A DNA stretch of 41,883 nucleotides. It comes from a virus. A program made the position numbers and the translations under genes. Numbering within the stretch: the stretch's first letter is position 1; each line of letters starts with the position of its first letter. The notes under the pieces were generated by a model. That model saw only the letters and a list, made by a program, of their open reading frames with translations. It was not told where the DNA came from and did not search any database. Below are positions 24,821 to 32,418 of the stretch, piece after piece. The stretch lies in the IMG/VR virus record IMGVR_UViG_3300046492_000081; one strand, written 5' to 3'.

Positions 24821-26389
24821 CTACATACGGGCTTCGGCTTCCACCTCATCATTCACGGCCATGAGCGCATCAGCCGCCGCATCAAAGAACGGGTCACGGA
24901 TCTCAAGCGATACCCGGCGTTCGTCCAGCGTGCGCCAACCCCCAGCGGTACCGGCCAAGACATCCAGCCGTGCCCCAGCGTTGGTCAGCATCTTCCGCCT
25001 TCCAGCCGTGTCCGCCTTGACCCACTTTTCATCGTAGGTGCGGCCGGTCCTGATCTCTTCCATGCGGGCTTCAACCTTCTCCCTGGTCTCAAGCTCCGCC
25101 AGCCGGGCGTCAAGGGCGTCAGCGCGGGTCTGCCACGCCTTCTGAGCGGCGCTGGACTTCTGCCGCCCCTGTTGCGCCTGGTGGGCTTCGAACTCCGCCA
25201 GAGTGGCGTCAATCTCCGGCTGTGGGTCATACCCGGGAATGATGCGCGTGGACGTGATCTCAAGCCCACCCAGGATGCGAAGGAACTCACGGGTCACGTA
25301 CTCATCAACCCAGTCAGCGCGGATGTTCATGGGGTGCTTGCAGACCACGCCCCGGGACGCTGCACCACAACGGTACGTAGGCCGCTGACCGGGCTTGCCC
25401 TCTTGCCGGTTCAGGTACATCTTGCTGCCGCACGAAGAGCAGTGAGCAATGCCGAACAGGAGCGCGTTGGTGTCCTTCCTGACTGAGCTTTTCACGGTCC
25501 GCTCATCCAGAAGGGCACCCACAGCATCAAACTCAGCGCGGGTAAGGATGGGCTCACGGGTGGCCATTACCGGCACACCTTCGCTGTCACGCACGGGGAG
25601 TTTGCCGCTGAGCTTCCAGCCGATCAGCGTTTCAGAGCGCATGATGCGCGTAATGGTGGTGGCATTCCATCCCGTCGGCTTCTTGACTTCCCGCCCCTTG
25701 AATGCGGACCAGTGGTCAGACGGGGAGGGGACGTTATCGGCATTCAGCGCGAACACAATTGCATTCGCTGTCTCGCCTTCAAGAAGCGCCTTGATGATGC
25801 GCTCAATGACCTTTACGGCGTCCGGGTCCTGAACCAGGGTCCAGCCGCCACCTTCGAGCGGGGCAGGCATGTAGCCGTACGGCGCACGGGAACCACGCCA
25901 GCGGTAAGCCATCATGCGCATTGCCGCCTGAGCGCCGATCACGCGTTCCCGGATGGAGTGGGCTTCCATCTGAGCCGCGAAGGCGAAGAGCGTGACCATG
26001 AGCTGTGACATGGGGTCCAGCGGGTTGCGGAAGTCCAGCACCAGGCGACCGCCGGGCCCCTCAGCGAAGACGATCATCTTCCGTTCGTCGCGTGCCCACT
26101 TCGCAAGCTCATGCATGTCATCCATGGACCGGATGGCACGGTCAAACCGCCAGAACACCAGGGCGTCAAAGTCATCCGGGCGACGAAGCCAGGCACCCAG
26201 CTCCGGGCGCTGGAAGGGTGTTGTCTTGCTTGCGCTGACTCCTAGGTCAACGGCCTTCCGGTCGGCAAGGTCAATGCCCAGTGCCCCGGCTGCCCCGTCG
26301 TTGGCGTTCTGCTGACGTTCAGGGCTGGTGGTCTCGTCAGTCAGTACGGACAGACGAAGGCAGGACACGCCCCGGAGGTGAGAGTTCAT
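24821..26389 (-). CDS. int: Large serine recombinase (Bxb1-type integrase)
   Basis: N-terminal catalytic motif LRLSVLTDETTSPERQ. Resolvase core, recombinase domain, Cys4 zinc ribbon (CSSCGSK...CGAASRGVVC) and a C-terminal coiled coil. Confidence 0.9.
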   Translation of the reverse strand: MNSHLRGVSCLRLSVLTDETTSPERQQNANDGAAGALGIDLADRKAVDLGVSASKTTPFQRPELGAWLRRPDDFDALVFWRFDRAIRSMDDMHELAKWARDERKMIVFAEGPGGRLVLDFRNPLDPMSQLMVTLFAFAAQMEAHSIRERVIGAQAAMRMMAYRWRGSRAPYGYMPAPLEGGGWTLVQDPDAVKVIERIIKALLEGETANAIVFALNADNVPSPSDHWSAFKGREVKKPTGWNATTITRIMRSETLIGWKLSGKLPVRDSEGVPVMATREPILTRAEFDAVGALLDERTVKSSVRKDTNALLFGIAHCSSCGSKMYLNRQEGKPGQRPTYRCGAASRGVVCKHPMNIRADWVDEYVTREFLRILGGLEITSTRIIPGYDPQPEIDATLAEFEAHQAQQGRQKSSAAQKAWQTRADALDARLAELETREKVEARMEEIRTGRTYDEKWVKADTAGRRKMLTNAGARLDVLAGTAGGWRTLDERRVSLEIRDPFFDAAADALMAVNDEVEAEARM

Positions 26390-26397
26390 AGGGCGTG

Positions 26398-26414
26398 GTG
26401 AGTGAGTCGAATGC
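26398..26414 (-). promoter_or_regulatory. Phage promoter-like motif, copy 5, 16 nt upstream of the int ATG with no SD
   Basis: GCATTCGACTCACTCAC-CACGCCCT-ATG. Confidence 0.5.
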
Positions 26415-26462
26415 TTCGTGCCGCTGACCAGGGCTTTTGCCATCATCGCGGGGGCTCCCTAG

Positions 26463-26512
26463 AACACCTAGTTGGGAGCTTTCGGAGATCCGAAAGCTAC
26501 TGACTTACAGTT
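26463..26512. other. Candidate attP core for the serine integrase
   Basis: Perfect 10-bp inverted repeat AGCTTTCGGA-GA-TCCGAAAGCT (26477-26498), about 90 bp upstream of int in a non-coding gap. Confidence 0.45.
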
Positions 26513-26619
26513 CTAGCACATAGCCCCTGGTCAGGGCAGGGTTTCAGACCAACGGCAGGAGCACCAGGCCCCCGAATCAGCGCCCCCACGGGTGCCCCCG
26601 GCTACCTACCCTTGACGCC

Positions 26620-26949
26620 ATGACTACTGAGCCCAGCAACCTTCGCCGCCTTCCATGGAACAGCCCGGAAGGGACAGCGGACTACGCGCCACACGGCCTT
26701 GTGGACCACATTGCCGACCGCACGGAAGCGGACATCATCGGACGGGCCCGGAACGATGCTGCATACGCCCTGGTGATGTCTCAGCGCCCCGGGGTGTCGA
26801 CGGAAGAACTCTGCCGCCTGGTGTCGAAGTTGGCGGGGCACGTGAGGGACGTAACCAGCGTGGCGGACATGCGGGAAGAGCGCTTGAACTCCCCTGCCGC
26901 GAAAGCCCTTGAAGGTGCCTTGCGCGCTGCACTGGGACAGCCCGGATAG
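26620..26949 (+). CDS. Hypothetical 109-aa protein; the only plus-strand gene
   Basis: GC3-rich ORF. The antisense 26602..27045 ORF looks like Arg-rich shadow sequence. There is no SD, so the transcript may be leaderless. Followed by a terminator. Confidence 0.6.
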   Translation: MTTEPSNLRRLPWNSPEGTADYAPHGLVDHIADRTEADIIGRARNDAAYALVMSQRPGVSTEELCRLVSKLAGHVRDVTSVADMREERLNSPAAKALEGALRAALGQPG

Positions 26950-26971
26950 GCCAGCCGGTAGGGTCAGCAGG

Positions 26972-27002
26972 AGCCCCAGGGACACAGCCCGTCCCTGGGG
27001 CT
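26972..27002. terminator. Bidirectional 12-bp stem-loop between convergent genes
   Basis: AGCCCCAGGGAC-N7-GTCCCTGGGGCT. Confidence 0.6.
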
Positions 27003-27115
27003 TCTGTATGCCCGCCTGAGCGCCTACGGGAAGAGCCCCGACCAACCGCCGGGGGAAGCGGTCAGACGGGGCTCAGGAACCCACCTACGGGCGCTGATGG
27101 CCAGTGGTGGGCTGG

Positions 27116-27343
27116 TCACTCCTTCCGGGTAACGCGTGCATGGTCCGTGACGACACGGCGGAACAGATCATGACCCGTCCGGCCGGTATGGCGAAGGCAC
27201 CAGTCCTGTGCGGCTTCCTGGTCATCCGTGGGCCCTGATGTCCCCTCACAGTCCGGCTTGCCGACACAGAACACTTCGAAGACCCATCCACCCTCAGCCA
27301 CGTGCCGGATGGAGTGATCAACGAACCGCATGACCGTGCTCAC
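27116..27343 (-). CDS. Hypothetical 75-aa protein
   Basis: ATGA overlap with the upstream gene. Cys/His-containing. Confidence 0.6.
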   Translation of the reverse strand: MSTVMRFVDHSIRHVAEGGWVFEVFCVGKPDCEGTSGPTDDQEAAQDWCLRHTGRTGHDLFRRVVTDHARVTRKE

Positions 27344-27660
27344 GCTGCCCCCTCAGTGAGCCCAGCGTGCAACGCCACCTGTTCCGCTACGGCCTTGTGG
27401 AGACCAACCCAGGTGCCCGCATCAACGGTCTGGGCAAGCTCCTTGGCCGGTTCGCCGTGCTTCTCCTTGAGCCTTTCCACGGGCCAAGGGGCGGTTGCGT
27501 ACCAGTGAGCCGCGTTCTCCCGGGACGGCTTTGAGCAGAAGGAAGCCCACCCGGCAGGCAGGGGCGTGGTAACAGAGATCTCCGCTTGCCCCTGGTCCCG
27601 GGTGGGCTCAGAGTCAAGCGACCTTCTCAGCGCGCGTGTGGCGCTGTCCGCTTGGGTCAT
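27340..27660 (-). CDS. Hypothetical 106-aa protein
   Basis: GC3-rich ORF in an operon context. Confidence 0.6.
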   Translation of the reverse strand: MTQADSATRALRRSLDSEPTRDQGQAEISVTTPLPAGWASFCSKPSRENAAHWYATAPWPVERLKEKHGEPAKELAQTVDAGTWVGLHKAVAEQVALHAGLTEGAA

Positions 27661-27723
27661 TTTGCTGTTGTCCTAACGCGTGGTCAGGTCCGGCCCATTA
27701 CCGGACCAATGTGACCAGGGTAA

Positions 27724-27939
27724 CTAGCCGTCAGCGACCGTGTCAGTACCTTCGTCAACCACATAAACCGTGTGCCCCACCTGTACGGAGTCCGCCCCAC
27801 CTTGCAGCGCTGCCGCCCCGGCTGACGAAGCCTCAGAAAGTTCATCCTTCGCGAAGTGGTACCAGCCCTGTGCGCTGTCCAGTAGGTCAGTCACCAGCTC
27901 TTCGCGCGTGCCGCTCTTCCGCATGGGTTCAAGTGCCAT
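27724..27939 (-). CDS. Hypothetical 71-aa acidic protein
   Basis: GC3-rich ORF. Confidence 0.55.
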   Translation of the reverse strand: MALEPMRKSGTREELVTDLLDSAQGWYHFAKDELSEASSAGAAALQGGADSVQVGHTVYVVDEGTDTVADG

Positions 27940-27962
27940 GGCGGAAGGCTACCCAGACAGCG

Positions 27963-28439
27963 TCAGGCGGCTTCTGTGACCACGGGAGGACTGGGGAGCG
28001 GGACCAGGTCCGGCACCACCTTCACGGGGCCCACACGGGCGCTGAACCGCTTCGTATGGAACAGCTCACCGGTCTTGACGTAGTAGTCCCTGATGGCTTC
28101 ACGCCAGCCGCACATGTACTCACCCACGGGCACGTACTCACGGCGGACCGGGCACCACTCCCACTCACGGATTCCCAGCACCATCCCCGTTGAGCGACCA
28201 CGGGCGTAGATGCGGAACCGCTCCCCCAGCTTCTGACTGGCAATCACCCGCGCGACAGTCCGGCCGTATGTCTGCACCAGGGCGCGGCACTCCCCCGCGT
28301 TATAGGCGTACTCCTGAGCCAGCGTTCCCGGGTATCCGGGCAGCTCACCCCATGACCAGCCGCCAGCGGGAAGAGGTCTGGACACACGCAAAAACAGGTG
28401 AACATGCGCAATGGGTCCAAGATCAACAAACGTGATCAT
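27963..28439 (-). CDS. Hypothetical 158-aa protein
   Basis: ATG 28439 follows a GAGGGGGG SD. The ORF-track N-terminal extension runs into lower-GC non-coding DNA. Confidence 0.6.
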   Translation of the reverse strand: MITFVDLGPIAHVHLFLRVSRPLPAGGWSWGELPGYPGTLAQEYAYNAGECRALVQTYGRTVARVIASQKLGERFRIYARGRSTGMVLGIREWEWCPVRREYVPVGEYMCGWREAIRDYYVKTGELFHTKRFSARVGPVKVVPDLVPLPSPPVVTEAA

Positions 28440-28680
28440 GAACGCAACCCCCCTCAGTCCGGACACGGTGTGTGTGTTCACACATGCTAAGCGGAGTTGT
28501 TGAATCCACAAGTTCAATATGAAGCCTTGACGGAGACCTGTGACCATTCCGTGAAGATTCGTAATGATCAAAACCCCAGCACACCCGCTGACTCCTCAGA
28601 CTCGCACAGGCGTTCGAAGTCATGCAAATGGATTCGTTTGCTCACCATACGAACCAGTCATGCCCATGCCATTACGGGGA
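28440..28680 (-). promoter_or_regulatory. Lower-GC intergenic region downstream of a terminator; likely promoter/operator region for the 27116-28439 cassette
   Basis: About 240 bp with no credible ORF. Contains the TGTGTG-AA-CACACA palindrome about 40 nt upstream of the ATG and TTGAA-N8-TTCAA. No phage-type promoter motif is present. Confidence 0.35.
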
Positions 28681-28690
28681 CATAAAGAAA

Positions 28691-28710
28691 GGCCCCCCTT
28701 CCGGGGGGCC
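28691..28710 (-). terminator. Rho-independent terminator (minus strand)
   Basis: GGCCCCCC-GGAA-GGGGGGCC in minus sense, followed by UUUCUUUAU. Confidence 0.75.
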
Positions 28711-28727
28711 CTTCTCATTCTCAGGTA

Positions 28728-28952
28728 CTAGCTCATGCGCCCGTAGAAGTCCGTGCACGGCTGGCAAGCGTTGATCTTGCCGACCGGGCCACAGTCCAGA
28801 ACGTTCACAGCGGGAGTGCCCTGAGTCTGGTGCATGAGGCTGTACCGGCACACAGCCCGTGCCGCTACCTCCTTCGCGTACTCAGCGGCTTCCCCGTGGT
28901 CCTTGCCCAGCGCGCGCCCGGTCTCGAAGGCTGCCGCGTAGATGCTGGTCAT
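28728..28952 (-). CDS. Hypothetical 74-aa protein
   Basis: ATG 28952 follows a GAAGGGAAA SD. Confidence 0.6.
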   Translation of the reverse strand: MTSIYAAAFETGRALGKDHGEAAEYAKEVAARAVCRYSLMHQTQGTPAVNVLDCGPVGKINACQPCTDFYGRMS

Positions 28953-29009
28953 TCTGTTTCCCTTCGTTGTGGTGGGGCACCAGCTAAGCACCAGCGCCCC
29001 ACCCATGGC

Positions 29010-29037
29010 AACCACTTACGGATTTTCGGAGGTGGTC
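29010..29037. repeat. SD/anti-SD palindrome, copy k
   Basis: AACCACTTACG GATTTT CGGAGGTGGTC. Followed in gene sense by the GGTGGGGC...GCCCCACC hairpin (28971-29003). Confidence 0.7.
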
Positions 29038-29230
29038 AGTCCTCCCCATCCTCCTGCCGCCATGCGGGGACAATGCCCGACATGGAAGCCCACAGCCAGC
29101 GCGCCTCAGTCTCCTGCATGCTGATGGTGATGGGTCCGCGCACCCGGTCAACGGCCATGATCTCAACGGACCGGTCAGGGTGCTCATGCACCGTGAAAAC
29201 CTGAGTGATGTCTAGCTTGATGTGCGGCAT
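29036..29230 (-). CDS. Hypothetical 64-aa protein
   Basis: GC3-rich ORF. Confidence 0.55.
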   Translation of the reverse strand: MPHIKLDITQVFTVHEHPDRSVEIMAVDRVRGPITISMQETEARWLWASMSGIVPAWRQEDGED

Positions 29231-29240
29231 GATCTCTCCC

Positions 29241-29447
29241 CTACGGCTTCAAGGTAACGCGCGGGCCGACTCTATCAGTGTGGGTGTCCGGGCGGTCAAC
29301 CACAGGCTCAGCGGTGACCACGGGGCACATGACCGGGCAGTCATTCAGCGTGGGTGCCTCAGCCGGACTAGCGCTGATCACAGCCGCACTCAGGCAAGCC
29401 GTGCCCCCCACCAGGGCGCTCACTACGATGGCACGAACGTTCATCAC
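29241..29447 (-). CDS. Small secreted or membrane-anchored 68-aa protein
   Basis: Signal-peptide-like N-terminus MMNVRAIVVSALVGGTACLSAAVISA. Confidence 0.55.
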   Translation of the reverse strand: MMNVRAIVVSALVGGTACLSAAVISASPAEAPTLNDCPVMCPVVTAEPVVDRPDTHTDRVGPRVTLKP

Positions 29448-29689
29448 TTAAATCCCCTCTTGACCCATGCAACGCATGCCTGCCACGAACTCTTTCGCTC
29501 TTCGTCTTCCAAGAGCCCAATCTGACAGTCAAGTTGGAGCTTGAGGCCAGCGGCATAGAAGTGAGGAATCCGGATCACCTTACGGACATTGCCCATGGTG
29601 ACAACCTCAATGTGAGCCCACTTGAAGCCCTCTTCTCCGTCCACCAGTTCAACGCTGGCAATCCTCTTGATGGTCTCACTGTGCGCCAT
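29444..29689 (-). CDS. Hypothetical 81-aa protein
   Basis: ATGA overlap with the downstream gene. Confidence 0.55.
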   Translation of the reverse strand: MAHSETIKRIASVELVDGEEGFKWAHIEVVTMGNVRKVIRIPHFYAAGLKLQLDCQIGLLEDEERKSSWQACVAWVKRGFK

Positions 29690-29749
29690 GCTGGCCCCTT
29701 CTCCGGGGGGAGACTGAACAGCCCTCAGTCTCCCCCACCTAGCTAACCG

Positions 29750-29845
29750 TCAGTGCTTGACCCACACGAAGATGTGCGCATGCTTCGGGTTGCCGTCGCA
29801 CGTCTTGCCGTGTGCCTTGCAGCGAAGCTCAGTCAGGTCCGTCAT
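29750..29845 (-). CDS. Possible 31-aa ORF
   Basis: ATG 29845 follows GAAGGGCAAG. 32 codons. Weak support. Confidence 0.25.
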   Translation of the reverse strand: MTDLTELRCKAHGKTCDGNPKHAHIFVWVKH

Positions 29846-29911
29846 CGTCTTGCCCTTCGTCGTTGGTGCCTTACGGGGCTAACTATGCATCTTCGTAGGT
29901 GGCCACGTCCA

Positions 29912-29938
29912 GTCACCTCCGGATTTTCGGAGGTGGTC
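29912..29938. repeat. SD/anti-SD palindrome, copy l (perfect)
   Basis: GTCACCTCCG GATTTT CGGAGGTGGTC. Confidence 0.75.
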
Positions 29939-29995
29939 AAAGCAAGAAAGCCCGGCGGGCACATGGCCTACCGGGCAAACTCACTGGTCAGGGGC

Positions 29996-30415
29996 TCAGC
30001 GACCCGAAGGGCGCTCATACGTTGTGTCGGGGGTCACAAGCCGTCTGATGCCTGCCGCCCGTATCAGAGTCCAGCAAGCCGGGCAAGGTTCCCGCGTGGT
30101 GTACAGCGTGCTGCCGGGCAACTCCCCTGGTGGCGTATGCCTGATGGCGTTCCGCTCAGCGTGGTCAGCGGTGCAGTTGCTGTAATCGCTGTCCGGCGGG
30201 CACTGTTCGGCGCTCAGGCGACCCCGGGGGCATGCTCCTGCCGACTCACAGCCGGGCACACCAGCCGGGGCACCGTTGTAACCAGTCCCCCTCACTTCGT
30301 TGTTGGCATTCACCAGGATGGCACCCACATGGCTACGTGTGCAGTCCGCCCGGCTGGCAGCCCACTCAGCACCAGCCAGGAAGTACGCATCCCAGGAAGG
30401 GCGCTCAGCGGTCAC
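29996..30415 (-). CDS. dCMP (deoxycytidylate) deaminase
   Basis: Zinc-binding motifs HAERNA and PCPAC at canonical spacing. 139 aa. Confidence 0.85.
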   Translation of the reverse strand: MTAERPSWDAYFLAGAEWAASRADCTRSHVGAILVNANNEVRGTGYNGAPAGVPGCESAGACPRGRLSAEQCPPDSDYSNCTADHAERNAIRHTPPGELPGSTLYTTREPCPACWTLIRAAGIRRLVTPDTTYERPSGR

Positions 30416-30731
30416 CTAGCGCCACCCAGAATGCGTTAGAGACTGCCGGGTGAATGACCAGCGTTCGGCCACCCTGAATGCGAAGCCTGCCGCCCTCAAC
30501 GTAAACCTGAATGTGCTGGTCCCACCCCTTCCCCGGGAAGGCGAATTGCACGCGGGCATTGTTCGGAAGCGGCTGATCATCGCTGCCGTAATTCAGCACG
30601 TGGGTATTGGTGTCCCCCACATCAGAGCGAAGGTCCGCATTCATGCGCTCAAGCTCACGGATCTTCCGGCGCGCGTCGCTGAGTTGTTCCTGAGCCCACT
30701 TCGGTAGGCGCGATTCCCTGGGGTCAGCCAT
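30405..30731 (-). CDS. Hypothetical 108-aa protein
   Basis: GC3-rich ORF with coupled start and stop codons. Confidence 0.6.
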   Translation of the reverse strand: MADPRESRLPKWAQEQLSDARRKIRELERMNADLRSDVGDTNTHVLNYGSDDQPLPNNARVQFAFPGKGWDQHIQVYVEGGRLRIQGGRTLVIHPAVSNAFWVALGDR

Positions 30732-30966
30732 TCGGGGTCTCCTTCGCGTACTCAGTGCACACGGTCACAATGTGCGTGCCGGTCACAACCTTGCCGTTGA
30801 CGAACGTCGTGTAAGGCACAAGCTGTGTGGTGTAGTCAAGGCACTCCGGGCCGTCTTCACAGCCGGTCAGGCTCAGCGCCCCCATGGCTGCCAGTCCGGC
30901 AAGCATCATGGCGCGTGCGTTGCGTCCCTGAACGAAGTAGTTCGATACCGTGCGGCGCTCACTCAT
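30724..30966 (-). CDS. Putative lipoprotein (80 aa)
   Basis: Signal peptide with lipobox LSLTGC. ATG 30966 overlaps the ThyX stop codon. Confidence 0.6.
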   Translation of the reverse strand: MSERRTVSNYFVQGRNARAMMLAGLAAMGALSLTGCEDGPECLDYTTQLVPYTTFVNGKVVTGTHIVTVCTEYAKETPNG

Positions 30967-31663
30967 AGGGGGTCTCCGGGATGTCCTGAACACTGTTAGG
31001 GGCAACGGCAGTTAGGCGCTCAAGCACCAGTGCGGCGAACTCACGGATCTCAGCGTCAGCGGCTACGTGGTGGCGCTTACCGAGCACGTCACGCCATGCC
31101 CGAAGGTTGCCGGTCACCACCATGTCTACGGGGGCAGCGTTGGGCAGCACAGCCCTTGCAGCTTCCCGGGCAGTCTTGCGCTTGAGTCCGGCAGCCGTCA
31201 GCCGCTCAAACAGCTCTGTGTACGCGTCCCGGGCCTCTTCGTAGGCAACCCGCACCAGGTGCTCAGCCTCAGTGTCACGGGCGGCAGGAGGGATCACAGG
31301 GGCCGTGTCTTCGTAACTCACGTACCGCTGACTGACCACGCTGAAAGACAGGTGCCTGTGACGCGTCAGCTCAGCCAACAGCGCACGCGAGACACCACGC
31401 ACCAGGAACGATGCGGAAGCATGCTCCAACACGCTGTAGTGCCCCTGAGCAAGGATGTTGGCCATGTAGTCCCGGTTTGCTGCCGTAGCCGGGTTGGGAC
31501 GGTTGAAGCTCAGGTAACACAGCCGCCCGGCGGTCTCAGCCAGCCCGTCAGCGTCCGTGACAGACCAGGGGTCAGCATCCTCCGGGCCGTACGCGTCGAA
31601 GCCGTACACGCGCTCTAGAAGGTCCGCATCAAGCGTTGTGGTTGCCAGTAGGTCAACGTTCAA
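30959..31663 (-). CDS. thyX: FAD-dependent thymidylate synthase ThyX
   Basis: ThyX signature [17 protein letters not shown] start at 31663 follows a GGAGAAGGAGAGAG SD. The ORF-track extension reads through palindrome m. Confidence 0.85.
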   Translation of the reverse strand: MNVDLLATTTLDADLLERVYGFDAYGPEDADPWSVTDADGLAETAGRLCYLSFNRPNPATAANRDYMANILAQGHYSVLEHASASFLVRGVSRALLAELTRHRHLSFSVVSQRYVSYEDTAPVIPPAARDTEAEHLVRVAYEEARDAYTELFERLTAAGLKRKTAREAARAVLPNAAPVDMVVTGNLRAWRDVLGKRHHVAADAEIREFAALVLERLTAVAPNSVQDIPETPYE

Positions 31664-31694
31664 GGTTCTCTCTCCTTCTCCGGTACCACCACAA

Positions 31695-31726
31695 GGGGCC
31701 ACCTCCGAAAATCCGGAGGTGACCCC
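31695..31726. repeat. SD/anti-SD palindrome, copy m (perfect, with extended GGGG/CCCC flanks)
   Basis: GGGGCCACCTCCG AAAATC CGGAGGTGACCCC. Confidence 0.75.
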
Positions 31727-31734
31727 AACAGTCA

Positions 31735-31911
31735 TCAGACGAAGTCCGCGCCCCACTCAAGGAACTTCGCAAGGTCAAGCACTTCGTTCGGGTCAGGGTT
31801 CACGAACCCTGCCTTACGTATCTCAGCGGTTGCGATGCGGTACACATCTACCCGGTCAGCTACTACCCCGGTAGGAGTCGGGTCCTCAATCGACCCATCA
31901 AGCCGCGCCAT
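31735..31911 (-). CDS. Small 58-aa ORF, below the ORF-track cutoff
   Basis: The ATG at 31911 overlaps the upstream TGA (TGATG). 59 codons counted. GC3-rich. Confidence 0.5.
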   Translation of the reverse strand: MARLDGSIEDPTPTGVVADRVDVYRIATAEIRKAGFVNPDPNEVLDLAKFLEWGADFV

Positions 31912-32117
31912 CAGCGCACTCCCCCGCCGTACGTGTCAGCGAACCGAAGGCCATCGTTGATGCGAAGCACGCCGATCAGGTCCCGAGCCTCTTCGAGCGG
32001 CAGCGTCACAGTGCTGATGGTCTCGCCTTCGGGGTTCCGGGTCTGAAACTCCGTCTTGCCGTCCGCCTGCCCCGTGGTCTTGACCCGGTAACCGTTGGTG
32101 AGCTTGTACGTGGCCAC
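31911..32117 (-). CDS. Hypothetical 68-aa protein
   Basis: GTG start at 32117 follows an AAGGAG SD, downstream of promoter motif copy 6. Confidence 0.6.
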   Translation of the reverse strand: MATYKLTNGYRVKTTGQADGKTEFQTRNPEGETISTVTLPLEEARDLIGVLRINDGLRFADTYGGGVR

Positions 32118-32141
32118 TGAAAAACTCCTTTGTTTCGGTCT

Positions 32142-32171
32142 CTTCGAAGTGGTGCTAGGGAGTCGAATGCC
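32142..32171 (-). promoter_or_regulatory. Phage promoter-like motif, copy 6 (full 30-nt form)
   Basis: GGCATTCGAC-N12-CTTCGAAG; overlaps the 3' end and stop codon of the HNH gene. Confidence 0.6.
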
Positions 32172-32418
32172 AACCAGCGGCCCACTGGGCAAGCGTCTGG
32201 TCAGACTTGCTGAGGTTGCATGGGGCGCACGCCGGGATGACGTTGGACAGCACGTCACGGCCACCCCGGGCAATGGGCTTGATGTGGTCTAGGTGCTCCG
32301 CTGGTGCGTCGCAGTAGGCGCAGAGTCCGCCCCACCGCGCGAAGACCTCAGAGCGCTTGTAAGGGGCCGGTCTGACCCGTCGCTGAGACAGGTACAGACC
32401 GGCGTACAGGGGTTGCAC
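32155..32418 (-). CDS. HNH endonuclease (87 aa)
   Basis: CAYC...HLDHIKPIARGG...NVIPACAPCNLSK. GTG start abuts the sigma-gene stop codon. Confidence 0.85.
   Translation of the reverse strand: MQPLYAGLYLSQRRVRPAPYKRSEVFARWGGLCAYCDAPAEHLDHIKPIARGGRDVLSNVIPACAPCNLSKSDQTLAQWAAGWHSTP

Noticed and set aside
26602-27045. 147-aa minus-strand ORF overlapping 26620..26949
   Set aside because: Arg/Gly/His-rich, shadow-like sequence. The plus-strand frame has the better third-position GC and a terminator directly after its stop codon.
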